From: Paraspadella gotoi
Taxonomy: Eukaryota; Animalia; Chaetognatha
DNA length: 64,000 nt
NCBI GenBank assembly: GCA_051294375.1
Contig: CM119266.1
Coordinates: 10,317,677 to 10,381,676 of the forward strand
Reading direction: 5' to 3'
The notes beneath the pieces were generated by a model. That model was given only the letters and a program-made list of their open reading frames with translations, searched no databases and had not been told where the DNA came from. Of this stretch, positions 57,528 through 64,000 are shown piece after piece (the stretch's first letter is position 1; each line of letters begins with the position of its first letter). The position numbers were made by a program, and so were the translations under genes.

Positions 57528-57600
57528 GTCACGTGTTCGTGAGCGCCGATCCTCATTCGTTGCCATGGAGATGACGTGAGAAGCAACGAACAACGGAAGT
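57528..57600. promoter_or_regulatory. Promoter-like motif cluster upstream of the desaturase
   Basis: E-box GTCACGTG (57528-57535), X-box GTTGCCATGGAGAT (57559-57572), CRE-like TGACGTGA and ETS CGGAAGT (57594-57600) all fall within 75 bp. Confidence 0.5.
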
Positions 57601-58042
57601 ACTATGTAATAAATTTATAACTATAAATGAATCTTTTAAGGCAACACCCGAGTTATAAAGGAACCTGACAAACTTTACGTATTCTTCTCTAAGTATGAAA
57701 AAACTAGTTGAGCTCGTTCGATCCAATAAACTATCGGACCATTTTCTTCCTGAAACTGCCGAGCCACGATTTCCAGATGGCCCGATGCAAAGTCAAGCGC
57801 TCGGCCGGCCAATCGCTCGAAGACACGAGCAGATGCTCGACCAATCAGAGCTTCGTTTTTCGACAATCTGACAGAAAAAAATCTTTCGAGACGGATAACT
57901 TTAAAACTGGGATAAAAGCGATATAAAAACAAGAAAATCTTTAATCAATTTCCATGATTGCAATAAAATCAAACGAAATAAAATTATATTTAAAAACCAG
58001 CCGATTGCGGTGGGAATGAATTCTTGCTGTTAGGGTCACTAA

Positions 58043-59590
58043 TCAAGGCTTATTCTTGGCGCCGCGACCGCGGCCACGCGAAACTGGCGGCTTTGCAATA
58101 AAAGGAGAATCGGCTTCGGAGGTGGAGGCGGATTCGCTGGCGGTCGTCCCTGGAATCACTTCCTCGGCCACGGATTCCTAAAATACAAACGAGATTCGGA
58201 CCTGTTGAGACAAGATCTAAATAGAAATCGCTATTGAACCTCAGAACTAGCGTCATCGATGAAGGCAGGCGGCTTGTTTAACGCTAAGGGTATTTCCGGT
58301 TCGGATCCCGAGCCTCTGCCCTCGTCTCCCTCGTCTGTCTCGTCTCTCCTGCCAGATTCCAAATTCGTGTCGTCGGTTTCCACTAATTTTAAGAAGATAA
58401 AACTATTCCAGTTTTCCAGAATTGGGAAATATTTTGGAAACATTAAATTGTAACAAAAAATGCCTTTAGATCGTGATGCAGCTTTCTTTCCCTTTGGCCT
58501 GGGCCCGACGGCCTTTCTTTTAGTTGGTAGTTCATCTTCAGTATCGGTGTTAGAGTTTTCCGATTTTTGATCTGGATTAGGGTCATCTAATAAAGAAAGA
58601 GTGTAAACATTTCTTCGCTCGGGCAATTCGCAAAACATGTACAAAATTGTACATATAGAAATGATAAGCTTTAATATTACTTTTTTACCACCTTCGTTGT
58701 CGGAATTATTTTCCATGGCCAGTCTCGCAACTTTTCCTCTCTTGGCAGTTTTTCCAGGAGCTTTTGAAACGTCGCCATCGTTTTCTAAATGAAGAAAATT
58801 AACTGAACGACGAAGCTAATTAAATAACATAACTATTCCAGCCAACCTTTAGTGGTGTGGGGCTCTGATTGCTTTCCACCCCTACCCCTTTTCTTCGATT
58901 GAGTCCCTCGTTTGGAAACCGCCTCGTCTGAATCTTTCTCCGCCGTTTCATTACCCGCCGTTACGCCTCCGCCCCTTCCACCTCGATTCCCTCGGCGTGC
59001 CCCGCGCCCTCGGCCTTTCGTCGCGGGCTTGCCTTTGTCGGTGGGTGCGGCCTTGGGAAGAAGGGCTGCGGACAAGGGGAGATCTTCGACGTCGGACTCG
59101 GACTCATCGGCGGAGGTGCCGGTGCTGGGGGCAATTTTTCGCGGATTGGCGGCGAGAGCGACTTTCGCCAACTTTTGCGATTTCGGCTGCTTCTTGACGC
59201 GAATTTGATCCTTCGCGGGAAGTTTTTCCGAAGCCTTTTTCTTATCCGCTTTCGGCTCCTTGGTTTTATTCGTAGAAGGAGCCTTCTCTTTCTTTTTAGC
59301 GAGCATCTTCTTGGCGGCAGCTTCCTTTTTTTCTTCTGTGGTAAGAAGAGGTTTGGGTCGTTTTTTCGTAGTTTCCTTTACTTTAACAGGTTTGAACCTT
59401 AAAAGGTAAAAAGGGGGAAAAAATGTCAAGACGAGTAATGAAATTATCAAAGCTTTATAGGTTTTTAGCGTGAGCCGAATTTGTATACATACCTGCCGCG
59501 GGAAGGTTCTAAAATGTTGTCATCGAGTAAAAGGCGCTTGATTGCCGCATCAGTCAAACGGTTCATCTTGTCATTTGATTCGCCCGCCAT
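58043..59590 (-). CDS. Hypothetical Lys/Arg/Gly- and acid-rich intrinsically disordered (likely nuclear) protein, 6 exons, about 381 aa
   Basis: Exons 59590-59493, 59397-58847, 58784-58689, 58586-58464, 58382-58240 and 58177-58043 join in frame (1146 nt). Sequence: MAGESNDKMNRLTDAAIKRLLLDDNILEPSRGR.., KE-rich tracts, KGRGRGARRGNRGGRGGG, ending SRGRGRGAKNKP*. No domain recognised. Confidence 0.7.
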
Positions 59591-60835
59591 TTCGTCCTTG
59601 AAACGGGAACAACAGATTTTAACATGAATGAAAGGAAACTTCTAAATCTGGAACTTCCTCTTGCCAGTCTTCCATTTATTTCATGAGGTGCAAATGAAAA
59701 TAAAGATTTATTTGTATTGTGAAGCCTGAACAGCCTAGCAACTTCGTCTGATCACGTGCAACAGTTCCTTATTCGACACTAAGTTCGAACAGCTACGTAT
59801 TCCCTCTTAAGTTGAAGAAAATATAAATATAGGTAGACCAACCATTTGCTGGATATATTTCTTGATAGCTTGACGGGTCGTTCCCTTCCTATCGGGCAAA
59901 TCTTCAATCGCTTTCATAACGAGGGTTTTGTAAGGGAGGCGCTTTCGTGCACCGGCTGCTTCCTGTTCATCCTCACACATCTTGTACGAATAGGAACAGA
60001 AAACACTAGTTTTGCGCCTGACATATAAAAATAATTGCTGGAAAGTGTAAGTAGAAAAAAAATCACAGAAAATGGATTTTAAACCGACCCGTCGTATTAA
60101 TCTTGATCGAATTAAAACGAATTAATCTTAACACACTTCTAACAATTTACCGGACGAAAAGAAACGTAACTATCAAGCAAAACTGTCCACATTTCTTTTG
60201 AATCTAGTCCCTTTGTTCTTTGTGTGATAATAAGATTTGAGCAACGCATAAATATTTTTTTTATCAGAACATATGCCCGAAACAAATTTAAATTTTCTTA
60301 CATAAATAACCAAATGATCAAGAGTTAAAATTGATTACGTATAAATCAATATTTCGGTCTCAGGCTGAACTGAAAAACGAACAAAAGTTTTCGCAACTCT
60401 CTGTTAAGTACGTACATGGACTCCAGAGGGAAAAAAGTATCGTATTGGTAACAAAAGTCTGCTTCTATAGTCTATACTAGTTACCATAGTTAAATACTAA
60501 ATATCCTTCTTTCTCTACATCTTGGATCGTAACCCAATACATATAAACTACTCCGGTAGAACTAAAATAAATTCGGATTAGCTGCATTTTTCCCCGTATT
60601 TCACTAATACAACTGTAACAACACTTATAATAATAAGTCGAAAAGTCTATTAATGATATAATGGCAACTACAACAATTGTAAAACGGTCAAATCACCTGA
60701 ATATAAAAAACTAGTAAAAGATGGCAATAAAGGGCCATTATTAAAGCGGCTACAAAATTTTAACTAATACTATCGAGGCGTTAATAGGCGAATAGGATCG
60801 GTAAACTTTACAAAAATACAAGCATGGTTTTCAGT

Positions 60836-63800
60836 TTATTTAATTTTGCCCATCAAATGATCCATCTCGTGTTGTACAAGTTTTGCCGAGGCTGTAAATC
60901 CGACGTCGCAGAACTGACACACCCACATGGTATCTCCAGTTTCTTCTCCTCCAGCATCATCCAAGGCTAGGGCGGGATGCTCTCTCGAAACCAGCGCCGC
61001 CTGAGCCAGAGACATTGCGGACTCTTGACCGAAACCGGGCATCCCTAGGTTCTGACGCAGAGTCTCCGGGGACGGCGACTCAACTAGCGAAGCGGCGGCA
61101 GCGTGCGAAGCCGCCAACGCCGTAGCGGCGCGAACGAGATGTTCCCGAGCAAATTCAAGCTGCGATGCGGAAACGGATGACGACGAAGCCCGATGACGCT
61201 TCCCTTCCAATCCCTGCTGGAGGTTCAACAAAGCGGCAAGGTCGGCAGAAGGACGATCGCATTCCGAAGGAGAATTATGCAACGAGGTTTTCTGAAAGCG
61301 GGGGCCGTGAAAATATTCCGACGAAGTTTGGGGCGAGTGTCGAGCGAAGTTTCTCAGTTCTTTGATCGAATCTTTTAAAGGAATCATTTTGTTGTAGAGA
61401 GCATGGGAGCTGGATTCGGGTCTTCCGCCGAAGTCGTTCGGCGGAGATTTTGATTGCGATTTTGCGGAAAGGTCCATCGGGGCTTCGAAGGCGGAATAAT
61501 TGGGAATCGGGGAATCTAAAGAGGAATGACTAGCGTTCGACGATGTTTGTAATGCTGTTGATTCGATGAAGGACGGATCATCCTTGACGTCCAAAACGCA
61601 AAGATTGGTCATGTTGTTCGAAACGGCGTTCAAATACGATTCCGAGTGAACCTTTAAATGCTGAGTCAATAAATGCTGCTTGGTGACGCTGTAGTCGCAC
61701 GAAGGACAAGCGAATGGGGATTTCAACGCGTGACATCTTAGATGAGCGAAGAGATGATCGCGGCGCGTGTTGACGAAGGGACACTTGTTACATTTGTAGG
61801 TCTTGATGGCGGATGACTGATTGATTTGCATAGGACTAGGAGAGGTAGATTTATGAATACTATTAGGGTGGGTAAAGAAGGAATTCGAAGAAGTTGAACT
61901 GCCGCTGACGACTGGATAATTAGCGTCCAATGAAAACGCCGAAGATGAAGTTACGTAACCAGACGAGTTTCCTTCTTCGTTGACAGTTTCGTGAAGCCTC
62001 AAGTGGTGCTCCAATTGAGCCATTGTGCCCACAGAATAATCACAAAATTTACAGACGAACTTTTGTTGACTTCCGTGCATCTCCAGGTGACGTTGGTAAT
62101 GAAGATGACTTTCGGTGCTGTAAGGACATCGGATGCAAAAAAATTGCGGAACGTGGCGTTCGGGAGATGCGGAGCCGAAACCGGGATCCGTCGATAGACG
62201 CGATTCGTCCAAAGACGAATCGTCAGAGTTGCAGCTTTCCTCAGGAAAAACCGCTCGTTGGGACGTGGAGCCAGCGTCGAATTTACTGGGAAGATTGTCG
62301 CGACCCACGATCGACGGGTCCGCGTCTTCGTAAATGTTCGACTTTTCCATGTGAACCTTCAAGTGATGCGACAATAAACCTTTGTTGCCCACGGTGTAGT
62401 CGCAGTAGGGGCACTGAATAAGATCTTTACCATCCAAACCAGAGTGACGTCCGTGCATCTTTTCGTGCAGCTGTAAATTGACCTTTCTAACGTTCGTGTA
62501 GGGACAATAGCGGCATCGATGTAACTTTCTGAATCCCCCGTCTTTGGTGAGATGACCGCTCTTGTTGACGACGTACCCACCGGAAACAACCCCGATCGAA
62601 TGACGAAGAGGATTGCCAATTTCGGCGTTCCAATGACGCTGCAGGCTTTGTAGAGAAGCTTCATTTTCCGAAGTTTCTTCGGAATCCTCGGCGGGCGTCT
62701 CGATCATCACGTTCGATCGTTCGACCGAGTCCCCCGGCATTTCCGGAATCGTTGGCATCGAAGCCGCGCGGTGATGACCGGAACCAGAGGCTGAACGGAA
62801 GTGGTCGACGTTGTTCAGTTCGTGCGCTTCCTCAAGACTTAATTCAATCACCGCCGCGTCCGGAATTTCCGCGTGATTAGATCGAATGTGTTTGGTGATG
62901 TCCCACTTCCAGTTGGAACGTTTGCGACAAACGCTACACATGAAAGGCCTGAGAAAAAATTAGAAAAAGGTAGGATAATTTAATTAAGTAGTTTTTATCA
63001 TAAATACTACTAATAAATTGACTTTCAAAAAACTTCTTTCGTTATATATGTTATTTATAATAAATTATAGAAATAACTGACTGGTACTGGTAATTTCACC
63101 TTAGATTAGAATCAACTATTTGCTGTCGTTGAATCTTTGAGGGCGGCAAATGTGCTGGCCTTAAACCAGACGTTTCTCCGTCGACGACAGGGGGATCGCC
63201 GCGAATTCCGTCCTGAACTTTGATTGGATTGCCAGATTCGACATCTCGATCCAAGCGAAAGGCTGGACTCAGATCCAACAGGCTAGCGAACATTGCTTGC
63301 TCTTTGCTCACACCGGGTGGTAGTTTATCACTAGAACCTTCAGACAAATGCTTGGATGAATACGGACCAAATATGCCTGTTATTTCATGTACCCTAATGT
63401 GCTGGGTAAGCTTCCCACGATGATTCACCCAATAATTACAATGTGGACATTTTAAGGGACTGTTGATGCTGTAACTGTGAAACTGCTGATGGTAAATAGA
63501 GTCTTTACAACTGTTTGTTGAATAGGGGCACTGCTCGCAATAATATTTTTTCAGCACATCATTAGCTACGTGGCTTTCATTGGCGTTGGAAGTGGAGGGA
63601 AGAGTGATAACAGGGCGCTGATTTCTTTGCCGTAAATATTCATTGAGTGTTGACTTAGCTTCTTCAGTCGACAATTCTATGACAGTAACGTTTGACACCT
63701 GAGGGTGTTTTTCTCTTATGTGTTTCATGATATCCCATTTCCAGTTTGACCGTTTTAAGCACGAACTGCACATAAAAGGACGGCTTCTTTCTACGTCGCC

Positions 63801-64000
63801 ACTGATTGGATGACCAGATGCCGTCAGAGGACGGGGTGGTTTACCCCCTTTGGAACCAACTTTGGAAGTAGTGGGCGTAAAAGAGTGTGATGGAGAGGTT
63901 GACTGTGGAATCACCCCAACGGGAAGCGTGGGAGTTCTTTGGAAAGGGACCATTGTGGGAAGACCCTCTCGAGTCTCTACCGCTATGATCGAGTCTTTTC
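60836..64000 (-). CDS. Large multi-C2H2 zinc-finger transcription factor (3' portion; gene continues beyond the window)
   Basis: Exons from beyond 64000 to 63100 and 62948-60836, joined as ..SNLR|PFMCSVC... Eleven C2H2 fingers lie in the window: four tandem pairs of CxxCP(Y/F) then CxxC(D/N)Y type, two RSNWKWDI fingers and one C-terminal finger. A PMDLS motif is at 61466-61480. Confidence 0.93.

Noticed and set aside
57675-57932. 85-aa minus-strand ORF as a histone-fold C-terminus of the Lys-rich gene
   Set aside because: The preceding exon already terminates at 58043, there is no convincing histone-fold motif, and no in-frame donor was found.

Overview
Eukaryotic (animal, probably invertebrate) draft-assembly window with two very different halves. 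Positions 1 to about 29 kb are gene-poor and saturated with (CT/GA)n and (ACG)n microsatellites and N-gaps. Several noisy, indel-ridden local duplicates there look like raw long-read gap-fills. From about 29 to 64 kb the window is gene-dense with short spliceosomal introns. Genes reconstructed by hand from splice sites: a GM2-activator-like ML-domain protein (+), CFAP96/C4orf47 (UPF0602) (-), a small secreted VWC-like Cys-rich protein (+), Rab2 (-), a theta-class GST domain behind a ~370-aa N-terminal extension containing 3x22-aa repeats (-), a delta-9 acyl-CoA desaturase (-), a Lys/Gly/acidic disordered protein (-), and the 3' part of a multi-C2H2 zinc-finger protein with a PxDLS motif (-). 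A ~10.8-kb tandem duplication (about 28736-39582 and 39583-50330) doubles CFAP96, the VWC gene and Rab2 and carries GM2A exons 2-4 plus the GST 3' end. It is most likely an assembly or haplotype artefact. I see no CRISPR, rRNA, tRNA or intact transposon, and no clearly new multi-gene system. The best biological leads are the extended, active-site-divergent GST, the orphan secreted VWC protein, three apparent GC-AG introns, and CLEAR and RFX X-box motifs. All family assignments come from recalled motifs, not database searches.
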